A stretch of DNA of 64,000 bases from Eledone cirrhosa (Eukaryota), in assembly GCA_964016885.1 (NCBI GenBank), contig OZ024753.1, positions 18,104,001 through 18,168,000 on the forward strand, read 5' to 3'. The notes beneath the pieces were generated by a model. The model did no database searches. It saw nothing but the letters and a program-made list of their open reading frames with translations, and was not told the DNA's origin. Below, in pieces: positions 40,800-50,505 of this stretch; the first letter of the stretch is position 1; each line of letters begins with the position of its first letter. A program made the translations under genes and the position numbers.

Positions 40800-42704
40800 A
40801 TGTTAAACGCAGCGAACGAAAATAGTGGTGGGGGGACAGCGGTAAGAGTTGTAAGCTCGCACGCTTTAGTCCTCCCTTCCTTCCCAACTAACGTCATAGA
40901 GAAGGAAGGAAAAATTAAAATAAAAACGGACGAATCTGCGGAGAAAAAATTAAATGACGAAAACATAAATCTGGACTTGGATTCCAACAACGAAAAAAAA
41001 AAATTTGAAAAATTGCATGACAATACTAATAACACAAACAAAGACACAACAAACAAAAAAATAACAGTTGAAAATAACACCATATCAGAAAACAAAGCAG
41101 ACGACAAGATTTCATTTGCACAGAAAACAAAGAAATCTTTGACTTATATAGCGGAAAACATTTCAGATGTGGTACGAAGGATCACGGACGCCAAACAATA
41201 CATAAGTGAAGGTGAGAATGGTATTTTATCGGTAAAAATGCCTCAAGAATTCACGAAAGACATTGAAAGCCGAACGGTCAAGTTTCGGACCATCAACAAC
41301 AGTACAAAAAAACCTGAACAGCCTTCTCAAGCAGATATCAAAACAGTACTCACAGAAGTACTGAATGAAACAACTTTCATAAGAAAAGACAGACTGTATG
41401 GAAGCCTAGCAATTATCATGAAGAACGAATCGGCGGCAAAAAAATGTGCTTTGTCACCGATTCGTTCGAAAAATTTCACCTTTTATCCATCTTATATGGG
41501 GAAAAGAACTCAACGCATATGGCTGGATGCAATGATGCCAGATGTGGACTACTGCTGGCTCATAGCTGGCTTCATCGATCCAGTGAATGACAACGTGATT
41601 TCCATTGGGAAAACCACAGGCAATGCGTTCAGTGGAACAGGTATAGAGCTGGTAGTACAAATGAAGCCTGAACGCATCGCCCAAATACCCGACAGAATCC
41701 TATTAGAGGACCACGGGTATATAAACATTAGCGTGGAGGGGAGAAGGCCGTCCTGCCATATCTGTGCAGGCAGAGGGCACCTGAAGGCCGCTTGTCCCCA
41801 ACTCAACAAAAAGAAAACCCTGCTACCAACACCAGCTCCACCACCACCACCACAACAGATAAACAAACAACAAAACTCAGTCCCACCCAACCCGTCCCTC
41901 AGTAAAACCACAACACCACCACAACACAAACAGTCACAACACATTACCCCAAAACAAAATACAGGCCCACCCAACCTCTCACTCAATAAAACAACACAAC
42001 CACCGCAGACACAACACACAACACAGTCTAACATAGTGACATCCATCTCCCCCACAAAGAAAACCAACACGGAAACATTACCAGCAAACATACCTCTTCC
42101 CTCCAACACTGAAGATAACCCAACGAATTCGGAGGAAGAAACGGAGTCCTTCAGACAGATTAAAAGGAAAAAAAGAAAACATGTGCAAAACACACAAGGA
42201 CAAACAACCCCCACCCAAATCGCAACACAATCCAGCAAAACAGAAAACACCCCTCCAGCAACAAACAAAACCAAACCTGCCCCCCCCCCCCTCTTCGAAA
42301 CACTCACACCATCGGAAAAAAAGACATTACACTATACTTACATCAACAGAAACAATAATAAATTAAATGAACTCATATACAATAATCCTTCGGTACAAAC
42401 CGAAGGTGTAAACTTTGTTTCGTCAGAAAACCACCCACATTTAAAACTAATAAAAATCCCAATGAACCTCTACCAAAAACTAAAAAAGGATTTTAAGGAG
42501 GACGTAGGACCACCCTCTGTCAAACCCATAAACCGCGTCCTACTAAAAAGCTTTCCCCCTCCCCTTCCCCTCCCCAACACAACTCCAAACACCCCAACCC
42601 CACCTCACACTGACGACCCCACACCACCACAAGACACCCCTTCACCCAACACCCCCGACCCCATGGAAGTCGTGCAACCCGAACCCCGGGAAGCGGAAAG
42701 GTAG
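40800..42704 (+). CDS. LINE ORF1 (gag-like nucleic-acid binding protein), element A, 634 aa
   Basis: CCHC knuckle CHICAGRGHLKAAC, Pro/Thr-rich linker, lies upstream of ORF2. Confidence 0.88.
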   Translation: MLNAANENSGGGTAVRVVSSHALVLPSFPTNVIEKEGKIKIKTDESAEKKLNDENINLDLDSNNEKKKFEKLHDNTNNTNKDTTNKKITVENNTISENKADDKISFAQKTKKSLTYIAENISDVVRRITDAKQYISEGENGILSVKMPQEFTKDIESRTVKFRTINNSTKKPEQPSQADIKTVLTEVLNETTFIRKDRLYGSLAIIMKNESAAKKCALSPIRSKNFTFYPSYMGKRTQRIWLDAMMPDVDYCWLIAGFIDPVNDNVISIGKTTGNAFSGTGIELVVQMKPERIAQIPDRILLEDHGYINISVEGRRPSCHICAGRGHLKAACPQLNKKKTLLPTPAPPPPPQQINKQQNSVPPNPSLSKTTTPPQHKQSQHITPKQNTGPPNLSLNKTTQPPQTQHTTQSNIVTSISPTKKTNTETLPANIPLPSNTEDNPTNSEEETESFRQIKRKKRKHVQNTQGQTTPTQIATQSSKTENTPPATNKTKPAPPPLFETLTPSEKKTLHYTYINRNNNKLNELIYNNPSVQTEGVNFVSSENHPHLKLIKIPMNLYQKLKKDFKEDVGPPSVKPINRVLLKSFPPPLPLPNTTPNTPTPPHTDDPTPPQDTPSPNTPDPMEVVQPEPREAER

Positions 42705-42737
42705 GTCTCTACACTCTCCTTTGGCTCTGCCGCCCAC

Positions 42738-45700
42738 ATGGATGTGTTAAGAGTAGGATGTTTGAATGCACGTGGCCTGGGCTCAACTTGGAAGCAAGCA
42801 AAGCTTCTAAATGACCTCAGGTCATGTAGTATAAATGTAATGGTTATCTGTGAGACTCGAATCAGCGTCATGCGGCAGCTGGCCCCCACCTTCGATGACT
42901 TTGAGGTGCATGCATCTCTCTGTCAACCTGGAGGTGGGGGTGGGGTTGTCGTACTGCTGCAAAAACACCTGGGTCTTGCCGTACAAGTTGTGCAGTCGGA
43001 CCCGGAGGGTCGTTTGTTGGTGCTAGACGTTGGCAGTAGTGAAAGTGCGGCCTTGAGACTGGTCGCCGTCTACTCCCCTTTCGGAGCTGAACGGCCCGAC
43101 TTCTTCCAGCGTTTGGAGACTTTTCTGGGAACGTCGCGTTCCCTGCTTCTAGCGGGGGATTGGAATGACATCCTGGATGCACGTTGGGACTATGCAGGAG
43201 CATGTCCTAATAGAGGGGGGTGTAACAGCCTCAAGGGGTTACTCGACCGTTTTAACTTGGTCGATAGATATCGACTAGATTTTCCAACTGTGCCTACCTG
43301 GACTTGGAGAAACCACAGTGGTCAATCTAGATCGTACTTAGATAGATTCTTAGTTAGAAGTAAGGATAGGGACATATTAAGCTGTCCAGAAATGCGCACG
43401 GTTGGCTACACGGATCACAAATTAGTGACCTGCGTGGTCAATCTCGAGAAAACACATAGACAGGGTCCCGGTTACTGGAAACTTAATTTGTCTTTACCGG
43501 CAAAAGAGACTTACAGAAACCGGATTAGCAGATTAGTTAAGGAGAGGTTGACGGGTGCAATCGTCAACAACCGATGGTGGGCATCTCTCAAAAGAGAGAT
43601 TAGAACAGAATCAATAAGTTATAGCAAGATGTTAGCTGCCGATAGGAATAGAAACGAGAAAGAATTAACAGGTAAATTAGAAGAGGCAATCAAGAGCGAA
43701 GATGTGGCCAGAGTGCTGGCATCGAGGACGGCCTTGAACCAGTTTTTCGATGCAAAGCACGAAGGCTGCGTCATTCGAAGTAAAATACGTGCTCTAGGTA
43801 ATGAGGGGGCCAAAGCCGTTGGATGGGCCCGAGTGACAGAAGCTAAGAGTGGAAATCGATCCACCATCCGGTCGTTGCAAGACGAAGATGGACGAGTGAT
43901 CCGGGAGCCTAAGCAGATGTGCGAGGCCTTTCAAAAGCACTTTGCCCGATTGTTCGGGGGAGGCGAGCGTCCGGGCCGGGGCGTGGATTTCGGTCCATAC
44001 CTCGACGACCTGCCGCGTCTCTCGAACGAAGAGGCAGAGTCCTGCGAGGGACCAATCTCGGCTGATGAGATCGGAGATGCGCTGAGCCAATGCAGCAGAC
44101 GCAAATCTCCAGGTCTCGATGGTATACCTTACGAACTTTATTTAGCAATGCCGGTCTTCTTCTCCGAACTCCTCGAAGCGGTCTACTGCAATTGGCAGCA
44201 GAACGGGAGAATTCCTTGTTCTGTAGCCAAGGGCGTAGTCACGCTGGTGAGGAAGGACGAGAACAAGGAGGATAGTATAAATAATTTTCGGCCCATAACC
44301 CTGCTAAACACAGAGTTAAAGATTTTGGCCAAGGTGTTAGCAAAGTGGTTGGCGCTTGTCGTGGGTGGCCTGGTGGGAGATGCGCAGACATGTGCTATCC
44401 CATCCAGGTCCATTCACGATAACCTCCACCTCATGCGATACATCATAGAGAGGGTTGGAAACAAACCCGGCTTCGGTGGGGCCCTGATCAACTTGGATCA
44501 GTCTAAGGCTTTCGATAGGGTCGACCATGGTTACCTGAATGCGGTGCTAGCGGCGGCTGGGTTCGGTCCTGTTTTCAGAGGCTGGATCACTGCCCTACAT
44601 AGCAACCACATCTGTTCTAGGATCAAGGTGAACGGCTACCTTTCGAAGCCGTTCGAAATCACACGATCCATTCGACAGGGGTGCCCTCTCTCCTCCCTTC
44701 TGTACGTATTGACTCTCGAGCCTTTACTGAGGAAGTTGGAGTTGTTGCAGGGTATCCCCCTGGAACCAGGATTGAGCAAAGCGGTGTCGGCCTACGCCGA
44801 TGACGTAACAGTAATGGTATCAACCGACTCGGAGATCGAGGCGATCGGTACCTTACTGGAGGAGTACGAAAGGTTGTCAGGAGCGAAACTGAACCGGGAA
44901 AAATCCATCGGGCTGCAACTCGGAACGTGGAGAGGCAGACCGATGCCTCCTGACGGTGTCGTCGGACACTGGACGGAGGGCCCGGTAAAGTTGCTTGGGG
45001 TCTGGTTTGGACCGGACCTCCAGGTGGAAAAGAACTGGAACGAGGTTACGAACAAGGTGTTTGCACTAACCCAGAAATGGGCCAAGTGTAAGCTGTCCCT
45101 AAAAGGCCGGGCGGAGGTGGCGAACATTTACATAGCGTCCGTCACTTACTACCGCCTGACTGTCGTGCCTTGCCCTAAGGAAACACTCACCACCATGGAA
45201 CGCATGCTCTTCCAATTTCTTTGGAAGAAGCGTCCTCCTATGGTGAGAAGATCCATCTGCTGCCAACAACCTTCGAAAGGAGGGCTGGGGATGCCGTGGT
45301 TGATGATGCGTAGGCACGCATTAAGGCTACGGCACCTACAGGTATTCCTCACTGGTCAACCGGTGTGCGCTCCGTTCGTGAAACGAGCCTTTCCGAGACT
45401 CGTCTCACTCACCGAGCTACAGTCCTGGGTCAAGCAAAGATCCGGAAAACTGGGAGACTGGCACACTGAGTGTGCTCAGGCGCTCAGGGCTCTCTGGCAA
45501 GCGGGCCAGGCCATCGGTGGAGAATCCACCTCATCATTCTATAGAGGGCTGGTGGCTAGCAGGGGCGATGACACCCTTGGAGAGTCGCTGGACATGGAAG
45601 AAGACGAACTGGCCAGCCTGTTCGGTAGGACTTTCGGCCCAGGACCAATGGACAACTTCCAGAAGTCACTGGCCTGGCAGTGCTACCGAGGGGCTCTACC

Positions 45701-46175
45701 CGTTCGAGAGAGGCTCTACAGACACGGGCGCCCGGGCAGGGATCCCTCAAAAAAGATTTGCCCTAGATGCGTGCGTCACGAAGAAACCGTAGCGCACGCA
45801 TTGGTGCAATGTCCGGGCGTGGCTGATCTGTGGGGCTACGCCGAACAACTGCTGTCGCGGGTGGCGCCGATTAAATTGACCGCCGAGTCCGTGATGACAA
45901 TCAAACCGCCTCCCCTCTTCACAAAGGAAGCAAAGGCAGTTTTTCTGTGCGTAATAGCCATGTTGAAAGAGGTTGTTTGGTGGACACGATTGAAAGGTCT
46001 GAGGTCAGGCAACTTCCTCTCTGGCCATAGTCTGGTCTACTTCTTCCGATATCACTTCGGAAGAAGGATAAGAATGGAGAGAGAGGTGCTTGGCCACAGG
46101 CAGTTTTATGAAAGGTGGGTGATAGTGGCGAGAATGGCTCGTGTAAATGGGCCTTCTCTGTATACCATCCTGTAG
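42738..46175 (+). CDS. LINE ORF2 (APE endonuclease, reverse transcriptase, C-terminal zinc finger), element A, 1145 aa
   Basis: LNARGL, ICET, GDWN, YLDR, TDHK (APE); KSPGLDG, RPITLLN, KAFDRV, QGCPLS, YADD (RT); CPRC-x7-H-x4-C. Confidence 0.97.
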   Translation: MDVLRVGCLNARGLGSTWKQAKLLNDLRSCSINVMVICETRISVMRQLAPTFDDFEVHASLCQPGGGGGVVVLLQKHLGLAVQVVQSDPEGRLLVLDVGSSESAALRLVAVYSPFGAERPDFFQRLETFLGTSRSLLLAGDWNDILDARWDYAGACPNRGGCNSLKGLLDRFNLVDRYRLDFPTVPTWTWRNHSGQSRSYLDRFLVRSKDRDILSCPEMRTVGYTDHKLVTCVVNLEKTHRQGPGYWKLNLSLPAKETYRNRISRLVKERLTGAIVNNRWWASLKREIRTESISYSKMLAADRNRNEKELTGKLEEAIKSEDVARVLASRTALNQFFDAKHEGCVIRSKIRALGNEGAKAVGWARVTEAKSGNRSTIRSLQDEDGRVIREPKQMCEAFQKHFARLFGGGERPGRGVDFGPYLDDLPRLSNEEAESCEGPISADEIGDALSQCSRRKSPGLDGIPYELYLAMPVFFSELLEAVYCNWQQNGRIPCSVAKGVVTLVRKDENKEDSINNFRPITLLNTELKILAKVLAKWLALVVGGLVGDAQTCAIPSRSIHDNLHLMRYIIERVGNKPGFGGALINLDQSKAFDRVDHGYLNAVLAAAGFGPVFRGWITALHSNHICSRIKVNGYLSKPFEITRSIRQGCPLSSLLYVLTLEPLLRKLELLQGIPLEPGLSKAVSAYADDVTVMVSTDSEIEAIGTLLEEYERLSGAKLNREKSIGLQLGTWRGRPMPPDGVVGHWTEGPVKLLGVWFGPDLQVEKNWNEVTNKVFALTQKWAKCKLSLKGRAEVANIYIASVTYYRLTVVPCPKETLTTMERMLFQFLWKKRPPMVRRSICCQQPSKGGLGMPWLMMRRHALRLRHLQVFLTGQPVCAPFVKRAFPRLVSLTELQSWVKQRSGKLGDWHTECAQALRALWQAGQAIGGESTSSFYRGLVASRGDDTLGESLDMEEDELASLFGRTFGPGPMDNFQKSLAWQCYRGALPVRERLYRHGRPGRDPSKKICPRCVRHEETVAHALVQCPGVADLWGYAEQLLSRVAPIKLTAESVMTIKPPPLFTKEAKAVFLCVIAMLKEVVWWTRLKGLRSGNFLSGHSLVYFFRYHFGRRIRMEREVLGHRQFYERWVIVARMARVNGPSLYTIL

Positions 46176-46452
46176 GTAAAGAAGTAAAGGAGGGGGAGCA
46201 CCTTCTCCATGTGCTCCCCGGGCAAAGGATTGCACACTTTTTCGGAGGTGTGTGCAACCCCCATCACGTCCCCTCCCTTTTAAGGTTATTTTCGATTATT
46301 TTCATGTTACACCCTTTTTACTCGATTATATGTAAACTCCCCCTTTGTATTTGTCCCTTCTTTTTATGCCTTTATGGTAAATAAAGAAATCTATCTATCT
46401 ATATATATATATCTCTATATATGTATATATATATATATATATATCTATATCT

Positions 46453-46607
<155 letters not shown>

Positions 46608-46743
46608 TACACATCCATAACTACTATATTGATTAATTTAAATTAGGGCGACTACATTCTCCACAAGTATATATATATTTGTTTGTGTGTATATTTATAC
46701 ACACACACACACGCACGCACACACATACACACACGCACACATG

Positions 46744-46790
<47 letters not shown>

Positions 46791-47050
46791 TTTCTTTATT
46801 AACCACAAGGGTTTACATAAAGTAGACATTAAGGACAGTGCAGGACAATGCAGGACGGTACAAATGGGCATTTCTGCGTGTAAAAAAACAAAAACAGAGG
46901 ATGTAACAAAAATAACAATGAAAATAACAATGAAAAATTCCCCAATAGGGGGGAGACTTCGGAGGGACATTTGTGGAGAAAGCCCAGTAAAAAGCCACAA
47001 TGACCCTGACCACCAAGGCAAGTGCCCTCTCCCAGTTTTCCACCTTTAGT

Positions 47051-50000
47051 TTACAGATATATACTCAGAGTCGGCCCATTCACTCGGGCCATTCTTGCTT
47101 CTCTCACCCATCTTTCAACAAAATGCTGGGAAGAGAGCACTTCCCTCTCTACTCTGATTTTCCTTTTCAAATGAAATTTGAAAAAGTCAATCAGAGCATC
47201 ACCGAAGAGGTAAGTGCTCGTCTTCAGCCCTTTCAAACGTGTCCACCATACTATCTCTTTCGCCATGGCCACCAGACAGATAAAAACTGCCTGCCCTTCC
47301 CGGCTAAAGGAGGAGGGCGGGGCAATCCTCACGATGGACTCAGATGATAGCTGGATCCGTCCTAAACGCGACAGCAGGTGTTCGACATAAACCCACAAGT
47401 CAGCAATTTTCGGACACTGGACGAGTGCGTGCAGGACGGTTTCGTCGCCCTGCGCGCATCTCGGACATGCCCGGCTGACGGCACCTCCATGCCTGTAGAG
47501 TTTATCCCGAACTGGCAAGGCTCCTCGGTAGCACTGCCAGGCCAGAGATTTCTGGAAGTTGTCCATAGGCCCTGGCCCGAAAGTTCTTCCGAAGAGATTG
47601 GCTAGTTGATTTTCGTCGACGCCTAGAGTTTCCCCAAGTACGTCGTCGCTCTTCCCCTCCACTAATCCTCTATAGAACGCCGAGGTGGAGTTTCCACCGA
47701 TCACATTGCCCGATTGGTCGAGGGCTGTGAGCGCCTGAAGACATTCCAGTCTCCAGGCGCTCCCTCTCGGTCTTCGCTTGACCCAGGACTGCAGCTCCGT
47801 CAAGGAAACGAGCTGGGGAAAAACGCGTCTAGCAAACGGCGACCACACCTGATCACCGTCGAGGAAGAGGTGGAGATGTCGTAGCCTGAGCGCGTGCCTG
47901 CGCATCATCAGCCACGGCATGCCCAGCCCTCCACGTAGCGGGTGTTGACAACAGATGGACCGCCTGACCATCGGAGCACGTCCCTTCCACAAAAAGCGAA
48001 AGAGCAAACGCTCCAGCGCAGTCAGGCGAGGCTTAGGACAAGGTACGACGGTTAGGCGGTAGCAGATGACAGACGCGATGTACGCGTTAGCCACCTCCGC
48101 TCGACCTTTCAGGGATAGCTTCCTCTCCGCCCATTTCTGGGTGAGAGAAGCCACCCTGCTCGTCACCTCGTCCCAGTTTTTGTCCGTCTGGAGGTCCGGA
48201 CCGAACCAGACCCCTAGCAATTTAACCGGTCCGTCCGTCCAGCGCCCGACGACGCTGTTGGACGGCATGGACCTGCCTCTCCAGGTGCCGAGCTGCAGGC
48301 CCACTGACTTTTCCTGGTTGATCATTGCTCCTGTCACCGCTTCGTATTCTCTTAGTGTAGTGCCGATCGCCTCGATGTGTTTGGCGTTCGACACCACTAC
48401 GGTGACATCGTCCGCATATGCTGACACGGATCTTCCGCATCCTAGTTCGCGCGGGACTCCCCTCAACGTCTCCAGTTTGTGCAGTAATGGCTCGAGAGTC
48501 AATACGTACAAGAGGGACGAGAGGGGACATCCTTGGCGGACCGAGCGCATGATGTTGAACGGTTCCGACAGGTGACCGTTCACTCTCACCACAGAGCAGA
48601 TGTCGCTGTGCATGGCAGCGATCCAGCCTCTGAAGACGGGCCCAAAGCCAGCCGCCCTCAGGACTGCCGCTAGGTAACGATGGTCGACCCTATCGAAAGC
48701 TTTCGACTGATCTAAATTGATCAAGGACCCACCCGTGCCAGGTTCCCTAGCTACCCTCTCTACGATGTATCGCATGAGGTGGAGGTTGTCGTGGATGGAT
48801 CTGTCGGGAATGGCGCATGTCTGCGCCTCTCCCACCAGACCACCAACGACAAGCGCCAACCTCTTTGCTAGCACCTTGGCCAAAATCTTAAACTCTGTGT
48901 TTAGCAGAGTTATGGGCCGGAAATTGTCTATGTTATCCCCCTTGTTCGGATCCTTTCTCAGCAGTGCCACCGCTCCTCGGCTCACAGAACTGGGAATTCT
49001 CCCGTTCTGTTGCCAGTTGCAGTAGACGTCCGCCAAGAGGCCTCCGAACAAGTCTGGCATCTGTACGTAAAGTTCATAGGGCAGACCATCCAAACCAGGC
49101 GATTTACCCCTTGTGCAGCCAGTCATTGCCTCCCTTACTTCAGCGGCTGTTATCGGCTTTTCGCAACACTTCGCCTCAGTGGCCGAGAGCCGCGGCAGTC
49201 CGTCGAGGTAGACACTAAAGTCCATCCCTCTACCCGGCCCCCCGCTGCCCCCGAACAGCTGAGCGAAGTGTCGCTGAAAAGCTTCACACATTTGCCCGGG
49301 ATCGAGTAGCATGCGCCCGTCGTGGTCCACCAAAGACCGGATCGTGGCTTTGTTGCCACGACGCGCCTCCGCCACTCGGGCCCATTGAACGGCTTTCGTC
49401 CCCTCGTGTCTGAGAGCACGCACCCTAGCTCTGACAACGCAGCCTTCGTGCTTTGCATTGAAGAATTGGTCAAGGGCCAATTTCGCCGCAAGCACGTCGG
49501 TCGCAATGCCTTTGCTAAGCGCCTCGTCTAATTTTCTAACTAGTTCTCCCTCTGCTCTATTTTTCTCTATTGCTAAAGCCTTACTAAACCTAATCGATTC
49601 TATTCTAATCGCTCTTTTCAGAGCAAACCACCACTTGTTGTTGACGATGGCCCCCGTCAACGCCCGCTTAACTAGTTCGCTAATCCGGTCTCTGTAGGCC
49701 TTGCGCGCTGGTAAGGACGCGTTTAGCTTCCAGTAGCCGGGTCCTCGTCTATGAAGCCTATCTAAGTCAAGCACACAGATCACGAATTTGTGGTCCGTGT
49801 AGCTGACTATCTTGAATTGTGGACAGCCTATGCTAGACCTATCTATTTCCCTACAAAATACTCTATCTAGATATGATCTGGATGACCCTATGCGGTTTGT
49901 CCAAGTCCACATTGGCACATTCGGGAAATCCAATCGGTACCTGTCAGACAGTTCAAAACGCCTGAGCAGGTTGGTGAGGCTCTTGCACCCTCCACCCCTA

Positions 50001-50470
50001 TCCGCTAATCCCACACAGTCCCAGCGTGCATCTAAGATCCCGTTCCAGTCGCCCACTAACACTAAAGAGCGCGACGTTCCAAGAAAGGTCTCCAGACGCC
50101 GGAAGAAATCAGGCCGCCCTGCTCCTGTCGGGGCATAGACGGCCACTAGCCTGAAAGCTTGCCCGTCTCCGCTGGTCACGTCCAGCACCACCAGCTTACC
50201 CTCTGGGTCCAGGAAGATGGCCCGTATGGCGAGATCCAAACCTCTCCGAAAAAGCACAGCAACTCCTCCACCCGATCCAGGACGGCTGGGAGATGCGTAC
50301 ACATCGTAGCCGCCGAAGATCGGTGCGAAGGCCCGTGCTTCGGAGATTCTGGTCTCGCTGATGGCCACTACATCTATGTTTAGTGACCTGAGGTCGTTGA
50401 GCAGGTGACCCTGCTTCCATGACGACCCCAAGCCACGCGCATTTATGCTGCCTATTCTGAGTGAGGTCAT
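47051..50470 (-). CDS. LINE ORF2 (APE, RT, zinc finger), element B, 1139 aa
   Basis: Same motif set as element A ORF2 and clearly homologous to it along its length. Confidence 0.97.
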   Translation of the reverse strand: MTSLRIGSINARGLGSSWKQGHLLNDLRSLNIDVVAISETRISEARAFAPIFGGYDVYASPSRPGSGGGVAVLFRRGLDLAIRAIFLDPEGKLVVLDVTSGDGQAFRLVAVYAPTGAGRPDFFRRLETFLGTSRSLVLVGDWNGILDARWDCVGLADRGGGCKSLTNLLRRFELSDRYRLDFPNVPMWTWTNRIGSSRSYLDRVFCREIDRSSIGCPQFKIVSYTDHKFVICVLDLDRLHRRGPGYWKLNASLPARKAYRDRISELVKRALTGAIVNNKWWFALKRAIRIESIRFSKALAIEKNRAEGELVRKLDEALSKGIATDVLAAKLALDQFFNAKHEGCVVRARVRALRHEGTKAVQWARVAEARRGNKATIRSLVDHDGRMLLDPGQMCEAFQRHFAQLFGGSGGPGRGMDFSVYLDGLPRLSATEAKCCEKPITAAEVREAMTGCTRGKSPGLDGLPYELYVQMPDLFGGLLADVYCNWQQNGRIPSSVSRGAVALLRKDPNKGDNIDNFRPITLLNTEFKILAKVLAKRLALVVGGLVGEAQTCAIPDRSIHDNLHLMRYIVERVAREPGTGGSLINLDQSKAFDRVDHRYLAAVLRAAGFGPVFRGWIAAMHSDICSVVRVNGHLSEPFNIMRSVRQGCPLSSLLYVLTLEPLLHKLETLRGVPRELGCGRSVSAYADDVTVVVSNAKHIEAIGTTLREYEAVTGAMINQEKSVGLQLGTWRGRSMPSNSVVGRWTDGPVKLLGVWFGPDLQTDKNWDEVTSRVASLTQKWAERKLSLKGRAEVANAYIASVICYRLTVVPCPKPRLTALERLLFRFLWKGRAPMVRRSICCQHPLRGGLGMPWLMMRRHALRLRHLHLFLDGDQVWSPFARRVFPQLVSLTELQSWVKRRPRGSAWRLECLQALTALDQSGNVIGGNSTSAFYRGLVEGKSDDVLGETLGVDENQLANLFGRTFGPGPMDNFQKSLAWQCYRGALPVRDKLYRHGGAVSRACPRCAQGDETVLHALVQCPKIADLWVYVEHLLSRLGRIQLSSESIVRIAPPSSFSREGQAVFICLVAMAKEIVWWTRLKGLKTSTYLFGDALIDFFKFHLKRKIRVEREVLSSQHFVERWVREARMARVNGPTLSIYL

Positions 50471-50505
50471 GTTTAAAATAGAGTGGAAAAGATGGGAAAG
50501 ACCAC

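Larger units (their letters stand above)
40571..46390 (+). mobile_element. Full-length Tx1/L1-clade non-LTR retrotransposon (element A)
   Basis: 5' UTR, two intact ORFs, 3' end GGTAAATAAAGAAAT running into (CTAT)n/(AT)n. The same ATCTATCTATCTATATATATATAT tract occurs on both sides (possible target-site duplication). Confidence 0.93.
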
